DNA from: Raillietiella orientalis
Lineage: Eukaryota
Direction: 5' to 3'
Assembly: GCA_036172245.1 (NCBI GenBank)
Contig: JAYWIR010000112.1
Coordinates: forward strand, 62,001 to 126,000
DNA length: 64,000 nt
Below are positions 52,501 through 63,884 of the stretch, piece by piece (the first letter of the stretch is position 1; the number at the start of each line of letters is the position of its first letter). Position numbers and translations under genes: made by a program. The notes below the pieces were generated by a model. That model saw only the letters and a program-made list of their open reading frames with translations, did no database searches and was not told where the DNA came from.

Positions 52501-53887
52501 TGGGCGCTTTCGGCGCAGCCGAAGCGTGGGCGGACTGTCTTCAGAAAGCAGAGTTGGCCATCAGCCCGTTCTTTAACGGCAAGTTTACCTTGCAGGAACG
52601 GGCGACTATTTGGAACACCTTTGTGGCCCCCCTCCTCCGTCCCCTGTTTTTTGTTTTGGACCCCCCCTATGCGGCAAAACAGCGGGCTAAACGCCTGCTG
52701 AGGAACGCTCTCTGGTGTCCGGCGAGATTCTGAATCCGCCTGAATGATTTGTTAGCTCCGCGTTGGGATGCTGGTTTGGGTATCCTGACAATGGAGCGAA
52801 TCGGACTGCAGGTGCAGTTCCGACTGCTGGCACTGTGTGCCCAGCTATGGACATCCCCCCTGTGTGTGCCAGCCCGCATTCTCCTGCGGAGATGCGCCGG
52901 CAGCGGAGGATTTCTCTCGCTTTTGCCGGGCACTCAATACAGGAAGCGGGGTTTCGGGTTTCCATTGCGGCAGTTGACCGCACTTCTGGAAGCTTACTCC
53001 TGGATCTCCTGCTGCCCAATGAACTTTGAAGCTTGGCGTCAGGAGTCTGTTGAATCCTGGGCGGCGTTCCAAGGAATACGCTCTGAAGGTCTTCGCCCCT
53101 GCGCCAATTTTTTCCACGATGCTTGGAAGAAGTACTGCAGGACGAGGTGAAGTTTTCTACCCTGGCTGCCACGCCTCTTGCCGCAGCGCTGTCCGCCCTC
53201 AGTGCAAGAAACGACAGTTACCAACCGGCGAGGTGGGAGGTTTTTTGCACGATAGCGGGAAAAACCAAACTCCTTGGCGCCTGGATGACGAGTGAGCTGG
53301 CGGACGCCGCCACTCCTCGTGTTACTGCCAAGGGACTCCTCCGGTAAGCAGAAGAACTTGCTGTCACCTCCGAAGAACTTGTGGTCCCTTCACAGTGTAT
53401 TAAAATTTCGCCGCTCCCCCTTGCTTGGAAACAATCCGTGCTGCTTTTCGTTCACTGGGGTTTTCAGTGCAACGTGCGTTGGCATCGTGACTCCGGGGAA
53501 CTTGCGTCTGCGAACTGCGTTCGGTGCGGATCGACGGAGTCGATTCTGCCCCTACTTCTGGACTGCGATGTCCTACAAGGACTGTGGCGTAGGCTGGCAA
53601 CAGCACTAATGCATCCCGTGGACACCGCAAGAGACTTGCTGCGACGATTCTTCACGCCAAGAGGGCTGTCCCTAAGAGCAAGGATTGCAACCATCGGTTG
53701 CATACGCGCGATAGTTTCCGTCCTCCAGGCGTTAGTAATCAACGGACAGCACCAAGAGGTAATCAGCAAAGCATCCTTCTACATGAGAGCATCCGCTAGA
53801 TGGCCTCATTTAGCAGAGGAGACAAAAAGGAATCTCGCCGCAATACACCGCCGGTTTACACACGCTCAGCAGTGGCCAACCCGGTGA
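49546..53887 (+). pseudogene. Element A ORF2 (APE endonuclease, reverse transcriptase, C-terminal finger), disrupted and split by G
   Basis: Motifs in order: WNVNGL, NVYAP, AGELN, LDHVF, SDQH, WRPITLVNSDVK, DLHKAFD | insertion | GIQQRDSLSPLLF, AYADD, YLGV, CVRCGSTES..DC. Several stops and frameshifts are present. Confidence 0.92.
51264..52060 (-). mobile_element. Element G: antisense 5'-truncated LINE (~800 bp; ORF2 C-terminus + 3' UTR) inserted in the RT of A
   Basis: The minus strand reads DAATP..RWGALLDVPIEHLKWP..DPNCVRCGERDSLPHLLVDC and ends CATAAACGACTCGGACAAATCCGCGTGAAAA. Confidence 0.9.
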
Positions 53888-54200
53888 TCATTGCCCTACC
53901 CTCCATAAACTAATTTTGTAGTTTCTTTTTACACCCGCGTCTCCATAGGCTCCGTAACATTTTAGGTGCTCATCGTTTAAATCCCCGTGAGTACGGAGCC
54001 TAACCAAAAACCCGTTATCCTTCCCTCCAGTTTTTTATTTTTGTTTGTTTCCCCTTATTCCTCCCACGCTGCGAGCGGTTTGTTTACCAGGCCTGCGTGC
54101 CGGTAATTTTTCTATGTTCTCTGTCGTTCTGTTGGTTCGGGACATTGTCCCTGACCAGTTTATTATTATTACTAAACGCCCCGGCGTGACCGGGTGATAA

Positions 54201-57200
54201 ATTTCAATCTCCGTCTGCCAACAGGTGAGCCTGAAACACAAGTGAACGCGATGAACGAGTTGTGCGCCGCCAAGCGTACGCGCAACTTGATCGAGGGTGA
54301 GAGTGGAATGGTCCGCAGCATCGACCACGTCTTCAGCGACGCTGACCTGTGTTCACGGGTCGGCAAACGGGGGAAGATGGCGTCGACGCTGTCGGACATT
54401 TCCCGGCTAATTTTCGAGATGCAAACTCGCGAGAACGGATCCCCATCCAGGGAGTGGCGTCTGCCGGGGGACTGGACGCGACTCTCAAGAGCAATGGAAC
54501 ACCTTCGCGAATTCCTGAGAGGCGTCACGCTCCAGAGTCTTCCAGATTGAGACGTTTTTAAGGCCTCGGTACGGGATTTCTGCTAGCAGTTTCCCTTGGA
54601 CCGCCTGCCTCTTGGATTTGGTGATGGCCCTTGCAACCATCGGGCCTATTTACAGGCCGGCAGGAACGAGAGAACCCCTAATGTCCGTCGCCTGGCCAAG
54701 TACCGCGCCGGGTCCGAACGGCAAGCCTGGCAATTCGGGTCGGCCAGCTTGCTGGTCGACCAGGGCCGGGAATTTTCGTCCCCGGCGTCGGTACGGAATC
54801 TCGTGCGTTGTTTTTATTCCTCCCTTTACGCCAAAACACCACTCGAACAAGACGCCTCGCGGCGATTGCTCATGAGTGGTTCCGTGGCGATAGGGGAGGA
54901 GGAGAGAGAAAGCCTCGATGAGCCTTTCACGACCGGTGAAATTCTCGCCGGTATCAAAAGACTCAACAGGCGTAAGGTGCCAGGGGAGGACGGCTTGCCC
55001 GCGGAGTTCTTTCAGAGTTTCGCGGAAGGGCTGGCACCCCTGCTGGTTCAGCTGACAAAACTGATCGGAGACGAAGGCCATGTTCCCGCCTCGTTTCGGT
55101 CAGCCAGAGTGAGGCTCCTTCCGAAAGAAGTGACTTTAGAAATTTGAACGACTGGCGTCCGATCACGATTGTGAATACGGACGCCAAGTTGGTTGCCAAG
55201 CTATGGGCTTCGCGTCTGAGGCAGGTGGCAGAATCCATAATTAGCCCGGAGCAGACATATGCTGCTCCCGGGCAAAGTATGGATGCCAACCTCTTCCTCG
55301 CGAGCACATGGATGCACGCGCAGAGATGTCAGAAGGAAGGGGAAGGAAAAATCGGCAACTTCACTTTGGGGCCGCCAGCAAAGGAGGGAATGGAATCCCG
55401 GGCGGGGAAGGGGGCCATAGCGCTCGGCGTCGATCTCCATGAGGCATTCGACTGTGTTGACCAGGAACTCCTATTGGAGCTCCTGGTTCGCATGGGCTTC
55501 CCGCCCTCCTTGATTACCTACCTGCGCTTTTGCTGGCGAAATGCGATTATCTGTATCTTTTTCAGCAGTCAAAAGGTGTATGACGTGCCGGTGCGGTGGG
55601 GCATCAGGCAGGGCGATAGCCTTAGTCCCCTGCTCTTCAGCACCTACTTTGAGTTGGTGCTGCGAGCATATAGGGTGACTTTGGTCTCCTTGCCGAGCTC
55701 GTGCCCCGGCACGCACGCCGTATCGGCCCATGCCTACGACCTTCTGCTCCTGTTACCTATGTCCACACCGGCGAAGGCGGTGGGAGACTTCTTCGATCTG
55801 CTCAGCCGTGGGACCGCACTGCAGGTCAAAAGGGCGAAGTCGTCGGTGGTGCCAGTAGTTGCGGCGTGGGCAGGGCAGCAGGACTGGTTCCGTCTGGGGA
55901 TCCCCACGGCGAGGTGCCTCAAGTACCTTGGTGTGCCGTTAAGAGACTGCTCCCCTGGGGAAGCGTGGTCCAGCTGCCTTCAAAAAGTTGAGACGGCAAT
56001 CGGACCGTTCCTGGAAGGCAAGTTTCACTAGACGGAACGGGCCGCGGTTTGGAACGCTTTTGCCGCCCCTATACTCCGCCCCTTCCTTTTTGTTTGCCTC
56101 GCCCTCAGAGATTGTAAAAAGAGGACAAAGAACCTCCTCCGCATAGCCCTTTGGGGCAAGGGGAGGCTCCGAGTCCCTCTGTAGGACTTGTGCGCTCCGC
56201 GTCGGAACGGCGGTCTTGGCCTCCTGACGCTGGAGCGCGTGGAAATTCAGCTGCGGTGGCGAACCCTTGCCATCGCTGCGAAGATGTGGAGCACCCCTTG
56301 GTGCGTTCCGGACCGCCTCCTCGCCAGGCAATTGTCCTGATGCGAAGGACTCGCGTCGTTGCTTCTGTTCTCTGGCCGGAAGATTCGAAGATGCGGCCTT
56401 ATGCTCGGACCAATAGCAACCCTGGAGAAGGCTAACGCTTGGATGGTTCGTGGCTCCGCCAACTCCTCCGCCTGGCTGCACGGAACTGCTGGTACCTGGG
56501 CCAAGCAGAACCGGAGGAGAGAAGAAAATATAAACTGCCTGCGAATCGGCCCATACGCTAACCGCACCCTGCGGAAAATACTGGAATTTCCCCGGAGTCG
56601 CCGGTGAGCGTTGACGACCCCTCTTGCTCCGGCGATGCCTCACCTCCTAAGGGAGATTCCGGACCGCCAGAAGCCGAGGTGGCAAGTTTCCTGCCGGATT
56701 GCTAGGAGAAAGATGTTAAGCGGCTAGACAACTGGTGAACTGGCGGACGCCACGACCCCGAGCGTCCAGCCGCATGCATTGATGAGATGGGGCGAGCTGC
56801 TTGCCATCCCTATGGATGTGCTGAAGTGGCCCCCGGTACTCAAGGAATCCAGGATCCTGCCCCTTAAGTGGCAATAGTCGGCGTTGCTACTGTTGCATTG
56901 GGGATTACCCTGCAACGCACGCCGCTTCCACTGGACACAAGGTGCTTTGGATCCTGAGTGTGTCAGGAGCGGAGAGCGGGAATCGCTCTCTCACCTTATT
57001 GTGGACTGTGCTGCCCTCCGTCCCCTCTGGGAACGGTTCGGGACTACCCTCGGGCTCCCTACGGGCAGCACCCCCAGAGACGTTCTTCGGCCCCTCTTCG
57101 TGAAGGACGCACTGCAGCCAGCCGCAGCCATCGCAGCCTTGTGCTGCGTCCGTGGCATCGTGGCAGCATGGAGCGACGCCAACAACGCAGGAGTGGGTCC

Positions 57201-57330
57201 ACACGCGAGGGATGTCATCCCAGACGCCCAACGCTTCTTGCGGAGAGCTGCCGGATGGGTCCATCTGGGGGATATGCGGATGGACCATGAGGGCTTCCTT
57301 CAACGGATTGGCTCTCCTCACAGCGAATAG
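54201..57330 (+). pseudogene. Element B ORF2 remainder (end of EN, RT, C-terminal finger), disrupted
   Basis: Resumes FNLRL..SIDHVF..LSD. ORFs 54596-55147, 55144-56031 and 56884-57330. The catalytic YADD is eroded to HAYD. Confidence 0.92.
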
Positions 57331-57509
57331 TGATCCCTTCCCTGCACTCCAACTTCTTTTGTTTGTTTAGTTTTTATTTTTCTTTTTGTTTTATTCTCAT
57401 CCTCCTTCGCTGCTTAGGAACGCTACGCTGGGCTGCGTCCAGGCGTCCCGGAAGGTCCCGTGCGTATAGCCGTGAGAGGAACCTTGTACCGCGGATGTAG
57501 AGTTTTAAC

Positions 57510-57540
57510 AATAAAAGCCCCGGGCGTACACCGGTGTAAA
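57510..57540 (+). terminator. LINE 3'-terminal signal: AATAAA + GC stem-loop + short A tail (representative of six copies)
   Basis: The same arrangement occurs at 41040-41070(-), 45086-45116(+), 51264-51294(-), 54171-54200(+) and 58084-58114(-). Confidence 0.75.
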
Positions 57541-58083
57541 CCTCGAAGGCTGGCAAAAAGGCAGTTAGGCGTCCGGCCTCCACCGAGGAGTCGGTAACTT
57601 CCGATCCCGAGGCGCAGGCGGAAACGAAGTTTCCATCTCCGCATCACATCGCCGGAAGGCTGGAAGGAAGTCCAGCAAACCCCGGAAAGCCCTCCTCCAT
57701 GCCTAAGGCGTGGAGATGACTTCCGACCTTCAGATAGCCATGAGCGTGGGAAAATCCCAGGAATCGTCACCCGAGAGACCACCACGCACAGACACGGAGG
57801 AGATGGAGAGGACTGAAGCCGAAAAGGTACGCAAGGTGCCTGAGGACGCCAAAACCCTAATGATCATCTCACCCGCCTCGGAAGATGCGAATTCCCCCAC
57901 ACCGTCACCTTCCCGGCAGTAATGCGGCGAATCTCCTCCCGCCGTCGTCTGCGCATCGCCCTACAAAACGTAAAGCCATGACAGAAGCCAGCAGGAGACG
58001 AGACATAGCAGCCATTCTAGGATCGTTCGACCTTGCGCTGCTGCAGACGATCCATGTGATCTCTGCAGAACAAGCGCAACAGA
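57541..58083 (+). mobile_element. Element C segment 3: ORF1 end, TAATG junction (57920-57924) and start of endonuclease, cut by element D
   Basis: KKAVRRPA..PSPSRQ* followed by MRRISSRRRLRIA and RRRDIAAILGSFDLALLQTIHVISAEQAQQI. Confidence 0.88.
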
Positions 58084-58419
58084 TTTCTCACCCGGTCACG
58101 CCGGGGCGTTTATTCCGTATAACATAACCAAAAAAAGCAATTATACAAAATAAACCAGTTGAAAACCAAACTCCCAGCCGACGACTGAACCAGAATAAAG
58201 AGAATATTGCTGGCACGCAGGCCAGAGTAACAGTTTTGCGAACGGTGTGGATGGTCGGGGAACACAAAGAAACCAAAATAAAATAAAAACAATGAATAAG
58301 GAGGACGGGATAAGGGTCTTTGGGATCGCTCTGGAAGACACGGCGATAAAAGCATGGGCACCGGAAATTTTACCGAGCGAACGGGGACGGGGTATGGGTG
58401 GGCGAGAGGTCGCAGGGGT

Positions 58420-61400
58420 CACCGGATAACGCCGTTCTGAAAGGTTTGTAAACCGGCGATGTATGAAGGTGATGTCCTCATTCACCTTGTCACGAAGATG
58501 AGACCACCTTGAAGCCTTCTCCATGAATTGAGCTGCAAGCAGGTGAGCCTCTATTCGCTGCGCTGACAACTCCAGGGCTTAGCGAGCCTTCACGATGGCG
58601 CGAACGCAACACATGGTTGCGACAATCGCGCCAACCGAAACTCCATTTCTGCTGAAGAAGCGCCGCAGCGCATCAATGGCAGTGCCTCCTTGTGGCATGA
58701 TGGCCCAAGTGAGCCTTCGCCACAGTTCCCGGAGGTAAATGCAGTCCAGCAAAAGGTGCGGAAAAGACTCGATCTCTCCGCACCTTAATCAGTTTGGCTA
58801 AGCAGCTCCCCCAGAAACGATGCTTCGCTGCCTATTACAGTGTAATGCACAATGTAAAAAGAGCAGCACATCTTGTTTCCACTTTAGGGGGAACACGGAG
58901 CTATCCAAACAAATGGGGGAAACCACTATCTCTCCGGGGTCACACTTAAATGTTCGCCCCACCGAAGCAGGCCCTTCGCCCGATTCCGAGGAGTGGCGGC
59001 TTGCACCAGCTCCTTTGTCGTCCAGCTGCCGAGAAGCTTACTGACTCAAGCTATTTTGCAGGAGAACTCCCATTCCGCCGGTAGGCAACAGTAGTTGCTT
59101 GCCCTGAGAGCAGACAGCGCTGCGGAGAGTGGTATGGCGGCCAAACGATCCGACAACTTCTTATCCTGCATGACTTCGTCCATTTGATGACTGAGGAGAA
59201 GTCGCAGGCGTCGAAGATCTTTTGGGCGCGTTCCTTCGGAAGCTGCCCACGATGAAAAAGATTCCTGCCGCCATGCATTAATGTTCATGGGGCGGCAGGA
59301 GATCCGGCTTTGGGCTTCCAGCAGTGAGGACAGCTGCCTCAGCGGTAAGCCAAACTCTATTCTGGTGTGCCGAAAGTGGGGTAGCAACGAAAGCAGTCCT
59401 TCGGATCCCGTGCAGCGCCTCAGCGTGCGGGTAAGCACCACAGCGTACACCACAGCTTGGCACAGTGCCGCAGCATGTGAAACTGAACCTGCAGTTCGAT
59501 GCTGTTTAAGTCGAGGATGCCCAAGCCTGCATCCTGACGCGGCGCCACCAAGTCTTTAAGTCTAACACAAGATCTTGCAGCGCCCCACAACGCTTTGCGT
59601 AGAAGGCGCTGCGCCCAGACTTGGACTTCCTGGGGGAGTGGACAAACAAAAAACAGGGGGCGAAGGAGGGGGGCAAAGAAGGTGTTCCATAAGCAGGCTC
59701 GTTCCGGCAAGACGAACTCGCCTCCTGAAAACGGGCCAAGTGCACGCTCTGCCTTCCGAAGGCAGTCCGACCACGCTTCTGAGATGCAGAAGTCGCCCAA
59801 CGGCACGCCAAGGTACCTGAGGTACCTAACCGTGGGGATCCCCAGGTCGATCCAGTCGGACTGCCCCTCCCACGTCGCACCCACCGGAACAACCATACAC
59901 TTACTCCTGTTAACGCTCACGCCCGCACCGCGACGAATCAACTCAAAGAAGTCTTCAAGCGATGTCGCCGGGGTGGAGATGGGCAACAGGAGAAGCAGGT
60001 CGTCGGCATAGGCTGCCTCGGCCGGCGTACCTGGACAGGAGCTCGGCAGGTTGGCTAGCGTCAGCCTGTAAGCCTCCAGCACCAATTCAAAATAGATGCT
60101 GAAGAGCAGTGGGCTTAAGCTGTCACCCTGCCTAATTCCTCGTCGTACCGGCACGCCGTACACGCGACAGCCACTGAAAACAATGGATGTAATCGCTTGG
60201 CGCCAGCAGGAGCGCAAGTACGCCAACAGGGATGCCGGAAGACCCATACGTTCCAAAAGCTCAAGAAGAAGCTTTTGGTTCACGCAATCTAAAGCTTTGT
60301 GCTGATCGACTGCAACCACCAAGGCTCCCGGTGTCTCTCTTTGCGTCTCGCGCCTCCGTCGGTAAGAGATCGCACGTGTCGCTTCCGCACGACGATCCAC
60401 CGCCACACGATGCTGCAATAGCAGCCATGTGCGGATGAACAAGAGATTCGCGTCCATGGACCGCCCAGGAACAGCTTATGTCTGCTCCGGACTTACCAAG
60501 GATTCCGCAATGCTACCCATCCGCGTTACCCAAAATTTCGAGAACAACTTGACGTCCGAATTCACTAATGTGATCGGACGCCAATTGTTCAGTTGGCGGA
60601 AATCACCGCCTTTCTGCAGGAGACGCACCTTCGCTGAGCGAAACGAGGCGGGGAAATCGCTCGCGTCTAGCATCAGCGACGATAGTTGAAGCACCAGGGG
60701 GATGAGCTCCGCGGCAAAACACTGAAAGAATTTTGCGGGGAGCCCATCTTCGCCTGGCGCTTTTTGTCTCTTGAGCCCCGATATGGCCGATGAAATTTCC
60801 TCTGCCGTGAAGCGCTCATCAAGACGCGCGCGTTCGTCCTCGTCTACAACAGGTGTATCAATCGGCAGAAGCACCCGGGAGAGGCTGCGTTCCGTCGGTG
60901 CCTCTGCATACAGAGAAGAGTAATAGCGCCTGACTATCCGTCGCACGTCGGCTGGAGCCGACCATTCCCGGTCCTGGTCGTCGAGCAGAACTGTCGCCCC
61001 TGACTGCTAGACCTGGCGCTCAGCCTTGGCCTGGTAGTCGGATTATCGACCAACGTCCGCGCGCCTGGAAGAAAGGCGGGCCTGCAGAAAATCTCCGCTG
61101 TTGGCTACGCCCTCTCCGAAGCTGAGCGGAAGCTGGTGCAAGGGAAACCGGCAGCAGAACTCGCGGACCGATCTTCTCAGATCGTGCAAGTCCTGGAGCT
61201 AACTTATGGCAAAGCCGAGGACGTACTGGCAAAGATGCTCAGCCGCCTCAGGGTGGCTTAGCCAGTCTGCCGGAATCCTCCAAAAACAGTTTGGAGGCCT
61301 CTTTCCTGGCGGAAGCAACTCTCACTCGAGCCAGTTGTGGTCTGAAAGCACGGACGGCACAGGACCTGTCCGACCCACTCGAGAGAGCAGGTGTTCATCA

Positions 61401-62002
61401 AGGTATACTTCGTCCGGCGTTGCTGGCATAACAGGGTCGCTAGCGAACAAGTTGCACGCGTGCACGGACACGCACATCTCTTCCGCTAGCAACTTTTCCC
61501 TTTTGTGGGATCTATTCTCGGAAAGCAGGTGGACGTTAAAGTCCCCCGCAATGAGATGGGCCACAGTAGGGTGAGATCGAGTGAGCCACTGGCTTTCAAG
61601 GGTACCGAAGAACTCAATCCTTCCGGTCCATCGTCCAGCACCGCTCGTCGCGTACACGTTGGTTACGACAAGGTCGATCGAGTAGGACCACTTGAGTACA
61701 AGCTGTCCCACTCGGCCTTTCGTGTCGAAGCGAACGCTGCACACCGCTCCCGCCAAAGTTCCTTGCACGAGGAAAGCGACGCCGCACGTACGTGCAACGC
61801 CGCACCTATAAAGTAGCGTTCCGCCCGCGCGCCGTTCGATTTTGGCAGCGTGCTCTTCGGAGATGCTGTCAATCTCCTGCAGGAGCTTCAAGTCAAAGGC
61901 GCGCAGAGCGTCAGCCACTAGTCGCCTCTTCTCCTCGTGTTGGAGCCCGTTGACGTTCCATGACGTTACGGAAACACGACGAGAAGACGCGATTGCCCTC
62001 AT
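58420..62002 (-). pseudogene. Element D ORF2 (EN, RT, C-terminal finger), disrupted
   Basis: ORFs 61322-62005 (SWNVNGL, LLQE, AGDFN, SDHN), 60476-60946 (PGEDGLP, WRPITLVNSDVK) and 59420-60457 (GIRQGDSLSPLLF, AYADD, YLGV). The 3' limit is approximate. Confidence 0.93.
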
Positions 62003-63884
62003 CACGGCTGGGAAAGCGAGGCCGTGGTGCTCGCCTCACCCGGCGAGCGGGCAGTAAGCAGCACGACGGGCTGGAGGGCACGGTCGCCACCGGCCTCAAC
62101 TGTGCTGCACGTAATCGGGTGCTCCTCCCCGGGTGCAGAACCTGTGGGTTCCGGGGTGAGCACTCGCCGTTCCGCGGCGAGTGTGTCACGCCTCAGGGTT
62201 TCAGCCCTTCGGGCGCTCGCTCCCTCGCGAGTAACGCGTCGTTCAGCGGCCCTATCGGACTCCTTTGCGGAGTCTGATGCTCGCACGATGGACGTGCGCT
62301 TGCATCCGTCCGATTCCACCGGGATGGTCTTCTCGGCGGTCACATAAGCAAACTTGCACGCGTTGAAGGCGCTGGCTTTTTCCTTGGAAGAGGCACAAGC
62401 CGCGAGTGTTTTCGTATTCCCACGACTGCTTTTTCCCTTGGAAGAGCTCAGGGATAAATGTTGCGGAGCTTTTTTTGGAGATTTTTCTTTCCTGCTCTCC
62501 ACAACCTTCCATTCGCCTTCGCGATTTTCGGAGGCTTCCGCGACAGTAGTTGCGGAAACCTCCGGGATTTTCGCTGCGTTCTCTGGGGGCGTTGCTTCAT
62601 CTACGCCTTTAAAAGGCGGCAACGGAGTCACCTTCTTGACAGTCGGGAGATTTCTCCTCTCTTGCCGAGTCGGAGATGGGGCGACTGCATTCAGCGTCCT
62701 TTTGCTCGTCGCAACGCTGCTTTTTACGGCTTTCGTAGCCATTGCAGAGGGGTCTGCGCTGCAGTGGGGCTTCCGGAACTGGGTAGGGACAACGGAACGG
62801 GGCAAGAATTCTTAGCACTGTTGCGATCTTCCTGTTTTTCCATCTTTCCATCCAGGGTGTTACGGAGATTTCCTGGTTCCTGGCTAGAAGAGGTGCTTGC
62901 GAGTTCGGCAGAGAGAGAAGGCACGGCACACGTCAAACCCTTGCGCCCCTTTTTAATTGGCTTCCCCGCCGTGACTTTCGCCTTTCTGGGCGTTGCGGTC
63001 GGGGATGCTTTCTTTTCATCCGCGGATCGCTCGTGGTTTTTTGCGAGTTTCTGTGGACGAGGTTTTTTATTTGCCGCTGCGGCTTTTCGTGCAGTGGTCT
63101 CTTGAACCCGACGAATTTCCGCTGCGGCTCTTTTTCTTGCAAGTACCGGTCACTTTTTGATTTCGTGCCCGGAATCTTTGCAATAGCGGCATATTGGAGA
63201 GGGGCACTCTTTAATTCGGTGCCCATCCTTTACGCAATGCTCGCACTCGCGAGTCTGGCGTAAGAACCACAGGTGAACGACCGTGCCGTTCACCTGCAGC
63301 TGCTCAGGCACAACACGCCTGTTCGCGACGGTGATCCGCGCGGAGGCTTGTCCAATGTGGACAGAGGGGAAATCCTTTAGAGGATTTGGCCTCCTCCACA
63401 GAGCGTGCACGCTGGCGAACTTCGCAAGCACACTTACGACATCGCGGTCGGAGATTTCCGGTTCGATTTCGCACAATTGAACGACAAAAGAGTCGTCCAG
63501 CGCGGTAGGTAGGACTTCCTTGCCATTGATGGTCAACGGCGTACGGAGAAGGCGCTGCACAAGTGCTGCGTTCTTGCACCGAATCTTCGTATATTTCATC
63601 CTGCCAGCAGGCATTATGCTAAGGAGTTCCTCCTCGCGAACGCCGATCCGGACGAGCTCATCATTGAGCTCACGACCGATTCTCCCGTTAAGGGGCCCAC
63701 TGACCTTATTACGGAGTGCAGGCATGTATCCTGATGACACATATGCCTGGAACTCCGCATCGCAGGGTCCTGGTCTTGAAGAGGTAACGGCGGCGTAACT
63801 CCTAACCGGGGGCGAGGAAACCATTACGGAGGATGCGGCCACTTCAAGTGCAGCTGAAGTGCATCTAGTGGCTTGCTCCTCCAC
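62002..63884 (-). pseudogene. Element D ORF1 (RRM-like + 2 CCHC knuckles + basic tail), frameshifted
   Basis: ORF 63150-63884 has CEHCVKDGHRIKEC and CRYCKDSGH and aligns with A ORF1. The tail is ORF 62002-62805, ending in a TGATG overlap. Confidence 0.9.

Larger units (their letters stand above)
47539..54200 (+). mobile_element. Element A: essentially full-length L1/Tx1-like LINE (~5.9 kb own sequence), interrupted by antisense element G
   Basis: Flanked by ATTTTAATC (47530-47538) and ATTTCAATC (54201-54209). Contains a 5' UTR, ORF1, TAATG at 49544-49548, ORF2 and a 3' UTR, and ends ACTAAACGCCCCGGCGTGACCGGGTGATAA. Confidence 0.93.
45251..57540 (+). mobile_element. Element B: essentially full-length L1/Tx1-like LINE (~5.6 kb own sequence: 45251-47538 + 54201-57540), interrupted by element A
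   Basis: Flanked by CCTCCAAGGC (45241-45250) and CCTCGAAGGC (57541-57550). Contains a 5' UTR, ORF1, EN, RT (PGEDGLPAEF, WRPITIVNTDAK, GIRQGDSLSPLLF, YLGV) and a C-terminal finger, and ends AATAAAAGCCCCGGGCGTACACCGGTGTAAA. Confidence 0.93.

Noticed and set aside
51633..52733. 366-aa ORF as a novel RT fusion protein
   Set aside because: It is chimeric: the N-terminal part is the antisense of element G, by chance in frame with the RT remainder of A.
45251..57540. LTR retrotransposon or endogenous retrovirus (gag-like knuckles plus RT)
   Set aside because: No LTRs, protease or integrase. The APE endonuclease and RT motifs are non-LTR type.
40440..61020. Frequent in-frame TAG/TGA suggesting stop-codon reassignment
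   Set aside because: The stops replace different residues (W, Q, E, Y) in different copies and co-occur with frameshifts, which fits neutral decay.
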